From assembly GCA_049606355.1 (NCBI GenBank), contig JBMYVL010000001.1:1-32000 (forward strand): a DNA stretch of 32,000 nt, given 5' to 3'. Source of the stretch: Opitutales bacterium (GTDB lineage Bacteria > Verrucomicrobiota > Verrucomicrobiia > Opitutales > Coraliomargaritaceae). The translations under genes and the position numbers were made by a program. The notes beneath the pieces were generated by a model. The model was not told where the DNA came from and made no database searches. It was given only the letters and a program-made list of their open reading frames with translations. Position 1 is the stretch's first letter; each line of letters begins with the position of its first letter. Positions 1 through 9,866 of the stretch are shown piece after piece.

Positions 1-472
1 TCGCAGACCCTAGTGTTGAGCCAAGAGTAACGTGCCTACGAATAACAACAGATTCATCACCTTGGACACCTAATACACTGGCATCACTGGCTAGTACTAA
101 ATCCGTTCCGGTATTGCTCACAATATCAATAATAGCGCCTTCGGTATCCAAACCATCTGACGCATTCGTATCATTGGTTACTTCTAAATAGTATTGTGGG
201 TACCCCTTTGACACAAATGCCACATCGCTAGTTTCGGCATATTCATTCGTAGCCATAGAAGCACCACTAATTGTAACCGATGTACCTGAAACAGAAGCAA
301 GTGTGCCACTTAATGAAGGCGAATTGACGAAGGCTGGTGCATAGATGTTACCAGCTCCGCCAGGAAGTGTGCTTGTAATATACCCAACAACATTGGAAGT
401 CACCGAGTCTTGGGCGAAGAGCGCGGAACTGGCGAGCAAGGCACTCGCTACGAGAAGTGAGGTTTTTTTCAT
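1..472 (-). CDS. Secreted protein of unknown function, N-terminal part only (gene runs off the left edge)
   Basis: Absent from the ORF track because it is open at the window edge. My hand translation of the reverse strand from ATG (472-470) stays open to base 2: MKKTSLLVASALLASSALFAQDSVTSNVVGYITSTLPGGAGNIYAPAFVNSPSLSGTLASVSGTSVTISG... It has a typical Sec signal peptide (KK, hydrophobic core, ALFA/QD) followed by an S/T/G/V-rich mature region. GC is roughly 45% by hand count, well below the neighbouring genes. Confidence 0.6.
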   Translation of the reverse strand, partial: MKKTSLLVASALLASSALFAQDSVTSNVVGYITSTLPGGAGNIYAPAFVNSPSLSGTLASVSGTSVTISGASMATNEYAETSDVAFVSKGYPQYYLEVTNDTNASDGLDTEGAIIDIVSNTGTDLVLASDASVLGVQGDESVVIRRHVTLGSTLGSA

Positions 473-892
473 AAGTAGTCTGATTGAGGGGTTGAGTATT
501 AGAAAGTGATTCGCGGAATGCGAAGCTGAAGGGAGTAGATTAACGACAACAAAACAGCGTAGTCCGCAGACCGTTTCAAGTCTTTTTAGCCTAAAGGTAG
601 CCGGTATTCTTGTAAAAAATTCGTTAGTAGCTGACAATGAAGGGAATACGTATTTAAAAAAATCCGCATTTTTACGCCACCCTTTGTTGCTGCCGAAGTC
701 CTTTGCGGGCCCACTCACCCGTTTGGCGCGTACTTTAGCTGATGTACCGGCGCAGGGCTGCGCCGGCCGCGCTCGTACCAGTCGCCGCTGAGCCACCAGC
801 AGCCGCAGGCGCGGCAGTACTTGAAGCGCTGCGGCGCAGCGAAAAATATCGACTCCTGTGCCCAAGTGCTGCAATTCAAAGCATTCCGGACC

Positions 893-2188
893 ATGCCAGA
901 ATTCACCTACAAAGCGCGCAGTGCCGCAGGCCGTATCGAAAGCGGCGTGCTGGAAGCGAGCGATCGGCGCCAGGCGGCGCAGCGCTTACAGGGCCGCGGG
1001 CTGCAGCCCGTCGCACTACAGCTGCAGGCTGCCGCCAGCAACAGCGCGTGGGCAAGTTTTCGCGCGCAAGTGCGCAGCTTTGCGCACTCCCTCAAACCGA
1101 CCGCCGCAGCCGGCGAAAGCGGTGCCAGCGCAGCCGGGCCGCGCCGGGGCCCGAGCCGCGAAAAGGTCGGCCTGCAATTGCTCAAGCGCCTGCTCGAGCT
1201 CCACAGCTCGGGCTTACCCGTGGGGGATTCGATCAAAATTCTCAGCCAACGCCTGCAGCAAGCGGAGCAAAAAGCACTCGCGCAGGCACTGTGGCGCGAG
1301 CTCAGTGAGGGTAGCACTCTGGCCGGCGCCCTCACCCGCCAGCCGAAGTATTTCGCGGCCTCGGTGAGCTACGTCATCGAAGCGGGCGAAGCAACCGGCA
1401 GCCTCGCACCCATCCTGCACAAGGTCATCGACTACCTGGAGGAGAAGCAGGCGATTCGCCAAAAGATGCTGGCGAGCATGGCCTACCCCGGCTTTATCTG
1501 CACGGTGGCCATCGGGGTGGTGATTCTCTTCCTCACGGTACTGCTGCCGCAAATCGAGAGCATGCTGGCGCGCCTCGGTTCGGAAATGACCTGGAGCGCC
1601 CGCCTGCTGATCGACGGCTCGGAACTACTGGTGCGCTACGGCCCCTTCGGCTTACTTGCACTCGCTGCGCTGGCCCTCGGCCTGCGCCAGTGGCGGCAAG
1701 GTGCGGCCGGCCGCAAAGCCACTGATAACTGGTTCCTGCGCCTGCCATTGATCGGTGCGATCCTGCGCTATGGCGATCTATTTCAAGCCGGCAACCTCAT
1801 CAGTACCCTCCTGGAAAGCGGGATCAATACCACCGAGACCTTGCGCCTGACAGAGCGCACCGTGAGTAATACCGAACTGCGCGCGCGCTTCCAAACCGCG
1901 CGGCATCAAGTCAACGAAGGGCTGTCGATCGCGCAGGCCTTTCGGCGCAATCAGTTCATGCCGGATCTGGCGCTGGATATCCTGTCGGTCGGCGAAGACA
2001 CCGGCAACCTCGGGCAAAGTATGCACGAAGTGACGAAAGGCTTCCGCGAGGAGCTGAGCAAGCGGCTCGCCCGCCTGACACAGATCGTGTCCTCCGGCGC
2101 GCTGGTGTGTGCCTTCCTCCTGGTGGCACTGATCGCGATCGGTATCGTGACCAGCGTCTTCCAAGTCAGTCAGACCTTATCGATGTAA
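893..2188 (+). CDS. gspF: Type II secretion / type IV pilus inner-membrane platform protein (GspF/PilC family)
   Basis: ORF 821..2188. From ATG 893 the N-terminus MPEFTYKARSAAGRIESGVLEASDRRQAAQRLQGRGLQPV matches the canonical GspF/PilC start. There are two platform-type repeats with hydrophobic helices (MAYPGFICTVAIGVVILFLTVLLP; GALVCAFLLVALIAIGIVTSVF). The track start at 821 is TTG and GTG 866 is also in frame, so the exact start is uncertain. Confidence 0.85.
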   Translation: MPEFTYKARSAAGRIESGVLEASDRRQAAQRLQGRGLQPVALQLQAAASNSAWASFRAQVRSFAHSLKPTAAAGESGASAAGPRRGPSREKVGLQLLKRLLELHSSGLPVGDSIKILSQRLQQAEQKALAQALWRELSEGSTLAGALTRQPKYFAASVSYVIEAGEATGSLAPILHKVIDYLEEKQAIRQKMLASMAYPGFICTVAIGVVILFLTVLLPQIESMLARLGSEMTWSARLLIDGSELLVRYGPFGLLALAALALGLRQWRQGAAGRKATDNWFLRLPLIGAILRYGDLFQAGNLISTLLESGINTTETLRLTERTVSNTELRARFQTARHQVNEGLSIAQAFRRNQFMPDLALDILSVGEDTGNLGQSMHEVTKGFREELSKRLARLTQIVSSGALVCAFLLVALIAIGIVTSVFQVSQTLSM

Positions 2189-2246
2189 GCCGGGCAAGGC
2201 TTCGGTGCGGGTAGTGCGGGCAAAAGGCAAGGCCCTCGCTTGGCGC

Positions 2247-3500
2247 TTATTCCCGCTCCAGCTGACTCTCCGAGGCGATCTCCGGACCCCCCTGTGCCAG
2301 CGCACGGCGGCGCAGGCGCAGCGCGTTGAGGCGGATGAAGCCGCTGGCGTCGTCGGGATTGTAATCACTCTCGACGCCTTCCATGGAGGCGATGTTCTCA
2401 TCGTACAGCGACAGCGGCGATTTACGCCCCACGGTGGTGATCGCCCCTTTATACAGCTTGAGACGCACGGTACCGGTGACGGTCTTTTGCGAGTCATCGA
2501 TAAAGGCCTGCAGCGCCTCGCGCTCGGGCGCATACCAGAAGCCATTATAAATTAAGGTCGCATAGCGTGGGATCAAACTATCGCGCAGGTGCATCAGGTC
2601 GCGATCCATGGTCAGTGTCTCCATGTTGCGGTGCGCGTGCATCAGGATGGTGCCGCCCGGGGTTTCATACACCCCACGGCTTTTCATACCGACAAAGCGG
2701 TTCTCAATCAGGTCTACGCGGCCGACCCCGTGCTTGCCTGCCAGAGCGTTGAGCTGCTGCATGACCTGCGCCGGCGTGAGCGCCACACCATTGACCGCCA
2801 CGCAATCGCCGCGCTCAAAGTCGAGCTCGACGTACTCTGCCGCATCGGGGGCATCCTCCGCCGCGCGCGTCAGCTTGTACATCGCTTTATTGTCGTCCGT
2901 AGTCGGGTCAAACCAAGGGTCTTCGAGGATGCCGGCTTCGTAGGAAATGTGCAGTAGGTTGCGATCCATCGAGTACGGCTTGGAGGCACTCGCCTCGACA
3001 TCGATCGCATGTTCGCGGCAGTAGTCGATCATCTCGGTACGCCCCGGGAAGGCCTGGCGAAACACATCCATGCGCCACGGAGCAATGATTTGCAATTTGG
3101 GCGCCAGTGCCGCGTAGGTGAGCTCGAAGCGGACTTGGTCATTGCCCTTGCCGGTGGCTCCGTGGGCGACTGCATCGGCGCCCTCACGCTCGGCGATTTC
3201 CACATGTGCTTTACCAATCAGCGGGCGGGCAATGGAAGTGCCGAGGAAATACTGGCCCTCGTACAGGGCATTGGCACGCAGCATCGGGTAAATAAAATCG
3301 CGGGCAAACTCATCGACTAAATCGACGGTGTAGTGTGCGGAGGCACCGGTCGCCTTGGCTTTTTCCGCGAGCCCGTCGAGCTCCTCTTCCTGGCCGACGT
3401 CGGCAGCGAAGGTAATAATCTCCGCCGAATAATGCTGCTTGAGCCAGCTAACCAGTACCGAGGTGTCGAGACCTCCCGAGTATGCGAGTACGATTTTCAT
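2247..3500 (-). CDS. argG: Argininosuccinate synthase
   Basis: 417 aa with an ATG start. [16 protein letters not shown] contains the ATP-binding AYSGGLDTS signature, and the protein looks argG-like along its full length ([25 protein letters not shown]). Confidence 0.95.
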   Translation of the reverse strand: MKIVLAYSGGLDTSVLVSWLKQHYSAEIITFAADVGQEEELDGLAEKAKATGASAHYTVDLVDEFARDFIYPMLRANALYEGQYFLGTSIARPLIGKAHVEIAEREGADAVAHGATGKGNDQVRFELTYAALAPKLQIIAPWRMDVFRQAFPGRTEMIDYCREHAIDVEASASKPYSMDRNLLHISYEAGILEDPWFDPTTDDNKAMYKLTRAAEDAPDAAEYVELDFERGDCVAVNGVALTPAQVMQQLNALAGKHGVGRVDLIENRFVGMKSRGVYETPGGTILMHAHRNMETLTMDRDLMHLRDSLIPRYATLIYNGFWYAPEREALQAFIDDSQKTVTGTVRLKLYKGAITTVGRKSPLSLYDENIASMEGVESDYNPDDASGFIRLNALRLRRRALAQGGPEIASESQLERE

Positions 3501-3650
3501 AGTGGGCTAGGAGATACGGGATGCGCGGGGCGCGAGGCAAGCCGGAATAGCGCGAAGGGTGCATAAAAAGCGGCAGCCACAACTAGAGCGCAGTCAGTAG
3601 CACCCCGCAGAGGAGGACACCCTGCTGCGCCACTCGCCGCGCACGGGCGA

Positions 3651-4721
3651 TTAGAAGGTAAACAGCACACGGGCAGAGCCGAGAATGCCCTCCGTTAGCG
3701 AGATGCCCGCAGGCGCCTGCGCGTCGCTCCTACTGAGCTCGGTGACCAGCGAGATCTGATCCGAATAGGCAAAGGTATGCGCCAGCGTATATTTGGTGAG
3801 GTCGGCGGCGATACGACCTCCGGCAGTGAGTTGACTGTCGTGATGACTCTGCGAGATGCGAAGCGTCAGCGATGTGGCATCCGTGAGGGTGTAGTTCGCC
3901 ATCAATAACCATTGTCGGACTGTTTCCTCAGCTGCCAGCGCAGCGGCCCCTGCATTTGCCAGCGAGCTCAAGGAGGCGCCGGTCTGCGCGCGAAAATGAT
4001 TGAACTCCGCCGCGAAGACCCACGCTGCGATTTCATAGCTGACATACGCATTGATCGAATGGGTACGACTGTCGGACCGACCCAGTGTATGCGTGCCACC
4101 GATAAAGGACGTCCACCCCTGCCCCCAATCGTGCGCGGCTGCGATTTCAAGCATCGCATCGCTCTCCGCGTAAGGCTCGTGCAGCGGGTTGACCTCTACT
4201 TCCGCCGCACCGCCCTGCACGGAAAGCCCGAAGAAATTGACTGCGGTCGCGTAGGTGTACTTCGCCCCATAGGCATACTGATTGAGCACCGAAAAATCCC
4301 CCGAGAGATCCATATCGTATGCGGTGGAGGACTGGTACAAGGCCATTGGATCGAAGGCTTCAAAACCGAGCATCGAAGCATACTGGCCCAGCGTGAGTGT
4401 ACCTTCAGCAAAGGGAAGCGCGACGAACAGCTGTTCGAGCAAGAGGCCACGACCGTCATCCGTCCCCTCATGCGCGACATCCAATTGCCCGCTGTATGCT
4501 GCGGACTCGAAAAGAAAACTGAGTGAGAGTTGATCGATGTCCAGCGCTTCGCGCTCACTCGCGCCCACTTGCGGCTCGGCATCGCGGTAGACGCCGTACA
4601 GATCAACCAAGCCCTCCACCGCGAGCGATTCAGACAGGGCGATCTCTGCGGACGCACAGTGGACCAGCGCGAGCAGCGCGAAGCCGACAACGCTGAAAGG
4701 TTTCACAATTACAGACTGCAT
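3651..4721 (-). CDS. Outer-membrane beta-barrel (porin-like) protein, function unknown
   Basis: 356 aa. Signal peptide (FSVVGFALLALVHCASA/EI), alternating hydrophobic beta-strand pattern with many Y/G/T/S residues, and a C-terminal ...ARVLFTF ending in Phe, as is typical of OMP barrels. No specific family recognised. Confidence 0.6.
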   Translation of the reverse strand: MQSVIVKPFSVVGFALLALVHCASAEIALSESLAVEGLVDLYGVYRDAEPQVGASEREALDIDQLSLSFLFESAAYSGQLDVAHEGTDDGRGLLLEQLFVALPFAEGTLTLGQYASMLGFEAFDPMALYQSSTAYDMDLSGDFSVLNQYAYGAKYTYATAVNFFGLSVQGGAAEVEVNPLHEPYAESDAMLEIAAAHDWGQGWTSFIGGTHTLGRSDSRTHSINAYVSYEIAAWVFAAEFNHFRAQTGASLSSLANAGAAALAAEETVRQWLLMANYTLTDATSLTLRISQSHHDSQLTAGGRIAADLTKYTLAHTFAYSDQISLVTELSRSDAQAPAGISLTEGILGSARVLFTF

Positions 4722-4851
4722 GGAATTGAGTGGGTGGCTATTTTCACTGGTGGTGTCAAGCGCCCTCAGGGCCTAGGTCTGGATGGATCCGCAGCACAAG
4801 GATTTGCTGAAACGCGTTGCAATTCAGAAAACTTGAACCCTAGCTATACGC

Positions 4852-5313
4852 ATGGCCTGCGAACACACCACGACACACCAAATACAGTTTTCCGATACCG
4901 ACATGGCCGGATTGGTGCATTTCTCGAATTTCTTTAAGTATATGGAGCTGGCGGAGCGGGACTTCTTCGCCGCGGTCGGGCTGGACTTAATCAAGGCAGT
5001 GCCGGGTGAACTGGTCGGTTGGCCACGGGCCCGGGCGGAATGCAAGTTCAACGCACCGCTGCGCTTCGGCGACAGCATCGCCATTCACTTAGCCGTCAAG
5101 GCGGTGAAAGATCGGGCGATTGACTACCAATTCCGGATCTACCGCTGCGCGCCCGATGGCAGCCGTACGCAGGCAGGCAAAGGGCACATGACCACGATTC
5201 TGGCTGAACTCAAAGAGGATGGCGCACTGCAGAGCATCGAGCTGCCCGCCGCGGTCCGAGAGCGTATCACCGCAGCCCCCGCCGATGTACTGCAACGCCC
5301 GCAAGGCGTCTAG
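4852..5313 (+). CDS. Acyl-CoA thioesterase, 4HBT/YbgC-like hotdog fold
   Basis: 153 aa. The N-terminal [31 protein letters not shown] matches the 4HBT catalytic-Asp region (D-x-D-x-x-G-x-V). Confidence 0.75.
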   Translation: MACEHTTTHQIQFSDTDMAGLVHFSNFFKYMELAERDFFAAVGLDLIKAVPGELVGWPRARAECKFNAPLRFGDSIAIHLAVKAVKDRAIDYQFRIYRCAPDGSRTQAGKGHMTTILAELKEDGALQSIELPAAVRERITAAPADVLQRPQGV

Positions 5314-5345
5314 CTGCGGCCACCTTTTTATTCAGCACATCAACG

Positions 5346-6122
5346 ATGAAAGCCCACGCACTAGTCACCAACGACGACGGGATCGACTCCGCTTTTTTGC
5401 ACTGCCTGGTGGACGCGCTGCGGGGCGATTTTGAGATCTCTGTGGCCGCGCCCGCGACCGAGCAAAGCTGGATCGGGCGTGCCATCAGTCGGCGCCAGGA
5501 GGTCGAGGTGCTCGAACATCGCGAGCATTTTGACCATGCCGTGCAGGCATGGTCGATAAGCGGCACCCCCACCGACTGTGTCAACATCGCCCTGGGGCAC
5601 CTCGTACAGCGGCCCGTCGACATCGTGCTCTCCGGTATCAATATTGGCTACAACACGACCGAGACCCTGATCCTCAGCTCCGGCACGGTGGCCGGCGCGA
5701 TCGAAGGCGCACAGTGGGGGCTCCCTGCGATCGCCTTCAGTAAGTGCGTACCGATGCAGCTGTTTGATGCCATCCGCACCGCGAACGGGCAGACGGAGGG
5801 CGCGTTTGCCCATTCATTAAAGGCAGCCGCACAAAAAGCCTGCGAATTCACACACGAGATCCTGGCGCAGCCCCCCGAAGCCGGCAAAGTGGTCAACATC
5901 AACTTCCCCGCCGACACGCGAGCCGACAGCCCTGTGGAAAGCACCGTGCCCGCGAAGATACGCCTCGGCAGTTTTTACGAGCCCAGCACGCCCGGCAAAT
6001 ACAGCTTTCGCTTCTCGGAAGGCATCGAGATCGACCCGCACTCACAAAGTGACCGTGCGGCACTCGAACGCGGCAGCATCAGTCGCAGCCTGCTGGATTT
6101 CTCGCAGATTGCTCAAGCATAA
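5346..6122 (+). CDS. surE: 5'/3'-nucleotidase SurE
   Basis: 258 aa. [15 protein letters not shown] carries the SurE N-terminal metal-binding motif, and SGINIGYNT is also present. Confidence 0.85.
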   Translation: MKAHALVTNDDGIDSAFLHCLVDALRGDFEISVAAPATEQSWIGRAISRRQEVEVLEHREHFDHAVQAWSISGTPTDCVNIALGHLVQRPVDIVLSGINIGYNTTETLILSSGTVAGAIEGAQWGLPAIAFSKCVPMQLFDAIRTANGQTEGAFAHSLKAAAQKACEFTHEILAQPPEAGKVVNINFPADTRADSPVESTVPAKIRLGSFYEPSTPGKYSFRFSEGIEIDPHSQSDRAALERGSISRSLLDFSQIAQA

Positions 6123-6140
6123 GCAGCGATTAATCCTTGC

Positions 6141-7652
6141 ATGGGGAAGCGGCTAAAAATAAGCACACTCAGTATGACTAAACTGTTTCGCTTGTGCGCT
6201 GTGCACGGGTCCCCCGCACTCGCCCTCACTCTCGCTTTTTGCTGTGCAGCAGCGCCCCTCCCTGCGCAAAGCAGCGACACGCTGTACCGAGGCACTTGGC
6301 AAGTAACGACACCCGACCAAGGCAGCTTGCTCTTCATTGTAAAAAAACAGGGGCGCGCCGCTTACTTCTGGGGCGACAACGCCGATCGCACCGTTTACCA
6401 AGGCACCTGGGTCGGCACGGAAACCGCCGCTACGCTGACCTGGGCCGACCGCTCACAACACGTTCTCGAGCGGAGCCCAACCGGTTTCACCATTCGCGCC
6501 CTCGATGCCGATGGCGCCGAGCGCTACCGCACTGCGGCGCAACAAGTCCCTAAAGAAATCCTCGGGCAATGGGCAAAACCACCGACACAATCTGAAGAAC
6601 TCGTCTCCGATCGTGATAAAGCAAACAGCTTTTTTGGCATGTGGAAAGTTGGCAACAGCGATGCGTCCGCGCACTACGTGTCCATCAATGCCGACCGCTC
6701 CGCCGCCAGTTCAGAACTCAGCACCGACGCAGCCGATGGCTTGCGCGGCTCATGGGCGAAACAAGGTGGAGAGTTGCACATCGTCTGGGACAATGGGCAC
6801 TACTCGATCTTACGTGAAGGCGACCGCGGGTTTAGTTACAAGCGCATCGCCAGTGGCGTACAAATCGATACCGACAGCAAGGAATTCACGGCTGCCGCTC
6901 GCACTCACAGGGCCAAGGTGCCCGTCGAGTGGATGCGCTCCAATCGTGAGGGCTCCGCTCAAAACGGCGGCATTGCGTTTTCCAGTCGTAAAGCAGCCCG
7001 CCAATTTTACCGCGGCAGCTGGGTCATCCAACGCGCGGAAAATGATTACGAACAAATCGAAATTGGCCGTTTTGGCGGCCTCAAAACCTCGCGGGATGAG
7101 GACCTCAAAGGTGATTGGCTGATGAGCGGCCAAGATATTTTTATGCGCTGGGACGATGGCATGCGCGCGATCCTGAGCCCGGTCGGTCAGGCTTTTGTGC
7201 TGTACAGCTACAAGCCGGGACGCCCCCTGGATGGCATCCCGACACGGGTGCTCGCGGCCGCACCTGCCGACACCAGCAAGCTGGCCGAGCACCTGCGTGG
7301 TCGCGAGGCAGCGGCTCAACACATGCTGGAACTGGCTGAAGCCGCCGGCATCTCGACCACCTCTGCTGAAAATGCCGGCTGGGGGCGCAGCTTTATGCGT
7401 TGGGCTTGGCCGTTTGATTCGACCGCCGAAGCGGCCGCAACGGAGGAGTCCACTGCCGACGATTCCAAAGTCCAAGATCCATGGTGGTGGCCGTTTTGGA
7501 GCGAGGCACCCGCAGCAGACAATACCACCGAGAATCCGGCCGAAGCGGATGCGGTCGAGCCAGCAGCACCCGAAGCAAGCGGCAGTGCCGGCCAAGCCAC
7601 AGGTCCCTCGCCGGAGAGAAAAACGAAGAAATCCTGGCTTTGGCCTTTCTAA
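6141..7652 (+). CDS. Secreted repeat protein of unknown function with a W-x-W-P-F tail
   Basis: 503 aa with an ATG start (alternative ATG at 6174). Signal peptide ...LALTLAFCCAAAPLPA/QSS. Three degenerate internal modules built on G-x-W strands. Acidic Ala/Glu/Pro tail carrying WAWPF, WWWPFW and a terminal WLWPF. Only 18 nt after surE and 44 nt before glyA. No family recognised. Confidence 0.6.
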   Translation: MGKRLKISTLSMTKLFRLCAVHGSPALALTLAFCCAAAPLPAQSSDTLYRGTWQVTTPDQGSLLFIVKKQGRAAYFWGDNADRTVYQGTWVGTETAATLTWADRSQHVLERSPTGFTIRALDADGAERYRTAAQQVPKEILGQWAKPPTQSEELVSDRDKANSFFGMWKVGNSDASAHYVSINADRSAASSELSTDAADGLRGSWAKQGGELHIVWDNGHYSILREGDRGFSYKRIASGVQIDTDSKEFTAAARTHRAKVPVEWMRSNREGSAQNGGIAFSSRKAARQFYRGSWVIQRAENDYEQIEIGRFGGLKTSRDEDLKGDWLMSGQDIFMRWDDGMRAILSPVGQAFVLYSYKPGRPLDGIPTRVLAAAPADTSKLAEHLRGREAAAQHMLELAEAAGISTTSAENAGWGRSFMRWAWPFDSTAEAAATEESTADDSKVQDPWWWPFWSEAPAADNTTENPAEADAVEPAAPEASGSAGQATGPSPERKTKKSWLWPF

Positions 7653-7696
7653 GTTGCACAAAGCCGCAACATCACTTCCTTCGCTAACTTTTTAAT

Positions 7697-8971
7697 ATGA
7701 GCACCGACATCCAGCCTTCCGCCCTCAATTCCACACCGCTTGCCGAACTCGACCCAGAGATCACCGCAGCGATCCGTGCCGAGCGCCAGCGTCAAGAGAC
7801 GCACATTGAGCTCATCGCGTCCGAGAACTTCACCTACCCTGCGATCATGGAAGCGCAGGGCAGCGTGCTCACGAACAAATATGCCGAAGGTTATCCCGGC
7901 AAGCGCTACTACGGCGGCTGTGAATTTGTCGACACCGTCGAGACGCTCGCCATCGAGCGCGCTAAAGCACTGTTCGGCGCGGACCACGCGAATGTGCAGC
8001 CGCATGCAGGTAGCCAGGCCAACGCGGCCGTTTACCTCTCCGTACTGCGCCCGGGCGATAAAATCCTGACGATGAGCTTGGCCGACGGTGGGCACTTAAC
8101 CCACGGGCACCCCATGAATTTCAGCGGCATCTACCACGAAGTGGTCAATTATGGAGTCGGCATTGAGGACGGCATGATTGATTACGAGGGGATCGCCGCG
8201 ACAGCCCGCAAGGAAAAACCAAAGATGATCACCGTGGGCGCTTCTGCCTACTCACGCACCATCGACTTCAAGCGCATGGGCGAGATTGCCCAAGAAGTCG
8301 GTGCCTACCTTTTGGCTGATATCGCACACATCGCCGGCCTCGTGGCGGCAGGAGTGCACCCTTCGCCAGTACCGTATGCGGACTTTGTGACCACCACCAC
8401 GCACAAAACGCTGCGTGGCCCGCGCGGCGGCCTCATTCTATGTAAAGAAGCACACGCTAAAAAGATCGACTCAGCCGTCTTCCCCGGCACGCAAGGCGGG
8501 CCGCTGATGCACGTGATTGCCGCCAAAGCGATCTGCTTCAAGGAAGCCGCTGGCGATGCCTTTAAAGCCTACCAGCAGCAAGTCGCCGCAAATGCCAAAG
8601 CGCTGGCGGCAGCACTCATGGAGAAGGGGCACCACATCATTAGTGGCGGCACGGATAACCATTTGATGATGATCGACCTGCGTAAAAAGGATCCGGAGCT
8701 CACCGGCAAAGTCGCGCAAATCGCACTGGACCAAGCCAATATTACCGCGAACAAGAATACCGTGCCCGGGGAAACCCGCAGCCCCTTCCAAACCAGTGGC
8801 ATTCGCCTCGGCACGCCTGCAGTCACGAGTCGCGGAATGGTGGAAGCCGATATGGTACGGATTGCGGAAGCAATCGACACCGTTCTCAGCGCACCCGAAG
8901 ATACGGCTGCGATTGCGTCCGCGCGCTCGATCGCCCTGGAGCTCTGCAAGGCCTATCCACTGCCCTACTAA
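7697..8971 (+). CDS. glyA: Serine hydroxymethyltransferase
   Basis: 424 aa. Carries the PLP-lysine motif [13 protein letters not shown] plus [33 protein letters not shown]. Confidence 0.96.
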   Translation: MSTDIQPSALNSTPLAELDPEITAAIRAERQRQETHIELIASENFTYPAIMEAQGSVLTNKYAEGYPGKRYYGGCEFVDTVETLAIERAKALFGADHANVQPHAGSQANAAVYLSVLRPGDKILTMSLADGGHLTHGHPMNFSGIYHEVVNYGVGIEDGMIDYEGIAATARKEKPKMITVGASAYSRTIDFKRMGEIAQEVGAYLLADIAHIAGLVAAGVHPSPVPYADFVTTTTHKTLRGPRGGLILCKEAHAKKIDSAVFPGTQGGPLMHVIAAKAICFKEAAGDAFKAYQQQVAANAKALAAALMEKGHHIISGGTDNHLMMIDLRKKDPELTGKVAQIALDQANITANKNTVPGETRSPFQTSGIRLGTPAVTSRGMVEADMVRIAEAIDTVLSAPEDTAAIASARSIALELCKAYPLPY

Positions 8972-9100
8972 GCAGCTTTAGAGTCGCTTCGAACGCCCCC
9001 GCCTGCGGAGGCGCGCGGCAGCAATAAAATGTAAATCAACCGCGCGGCTTGGCGGGATCTTGCCAGCGGTGATCGGCTGTGCGACTACAGTTACCTAAGT

Positions 9101-9844
9101 ATGCACGACGCTGGGTTTCGACGTTTCGGATTCTCTCTCATCGAATTGCTGACGGTCATCGCGATTATTGGTATTCTCGCTTCCATTCTCATTCCAGCAG
9201 TCGGCGCGGTTCGGCAGCAGGCCGCACAGGCGAAATCGGCCAGTAACCTACGGCAAATCGCACTGGCCTACAACAACTACGCAACTGCCGGCGGGCGTAC
9301 ACGCGTGATCGGGCAAGGGACTTATTCAAGCAGTACACCGACGGTTGCGGCTGACATGAAGGAGTGGGCCTTGGTCTTAGCCCAGGGAGCGGGCCTAGTG
9401 GATGCGGCTATTTACACGATCGATGGGGATCCGCAACTGGCTACGGTAGCTGAATTGCCCCTATTGATTGGCGCGCGCCAGCCGGATGGTTCGTTTCGCC
9501 CCAACTCGAGTTGGACCCGCGTCGATGCGTCTGTGATTGGCTATGCGGGAGTGGTTAATATGAGCAGCTATGCCAATGGCTCCACGACGCCGCTGATTTG
9601 GACCAAAGGTTTGCAAAGCAATGGGTATTGGGACCCTACAGTGAATCCCTGGGGTGCGAACGGAGGTCATATTGCATTCATGGATGGCCACGTCGAGTAC
9701 CATGAAAATGTAGCCGAGCCGAAACAATTGGTCGGAAATACCGCAGCCAGCAACTTGGGGGCACGCACTCAAAATATTGTCGATGCAGTCCAATCGACTG
9801 ATGCAGTCCTTATTTACGACCCCTCGAACACGCTCCCGAAGTAG
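9101..9844 (+). CDS. Prepilin-type N-terminal cleavage/methylation domain protein (pseudopilin-like, PVC-type)
   Basis: 247 aa. MHDAGFRRFG/FSLIELLTVIAIIGILASILIP is a class III signal peptide (G/F cleavage site, Glu at +5). It continues with SNLRQIALAYNNYA, and the C-terminal GGHIAFMDGHVEYH resembles the H-X9-DG tail of PVC pilin-like families, though the His spacing differs. Confidence 0.8.
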   Translation: MHDAGFRRFGFSLIELLTVIAIIGILASILIPAVGAVRQQAAQAKSASNLRQIALAYNNYATAGGRTRVIGQGTYSSSTPTVAADMKEWALVLAQGAGLVDAAIYTIDGDPQLATVAELPLLIGARQPDGSFRPNSSWTRVDASVIGYAGVVNMSSYANGSTTPLIWTKGLQSNGYWDPTVNPWGANGGHIAFMDGHVEYHENVAEPKQLVGNTAASNLGARTQNIVDAVQSTDAVLIYDPSNTLPK

Positions 9845-9866
9845 CCCGCAGACCTAAAGGCAGTCT

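Noticed and set aside
715-906. Minus-strand 63-aa Trp/Cys-rich ORF overlapping the gspF start.
   Set aside because: Its high GC3 is explained by sharing third positions with the gspF frame, and its GC1 is lower than its GC2. Divergent genes with overlapping start codons would leave no promoter space. It is kept only as a note inside the finding on 743-906.
8990-9020. Short GC hairpin CGCCT-gcgg-AGGCG after glyA, as a possible terminator.
   Set aside because: It has a 5-bp stem and no following T-tract.
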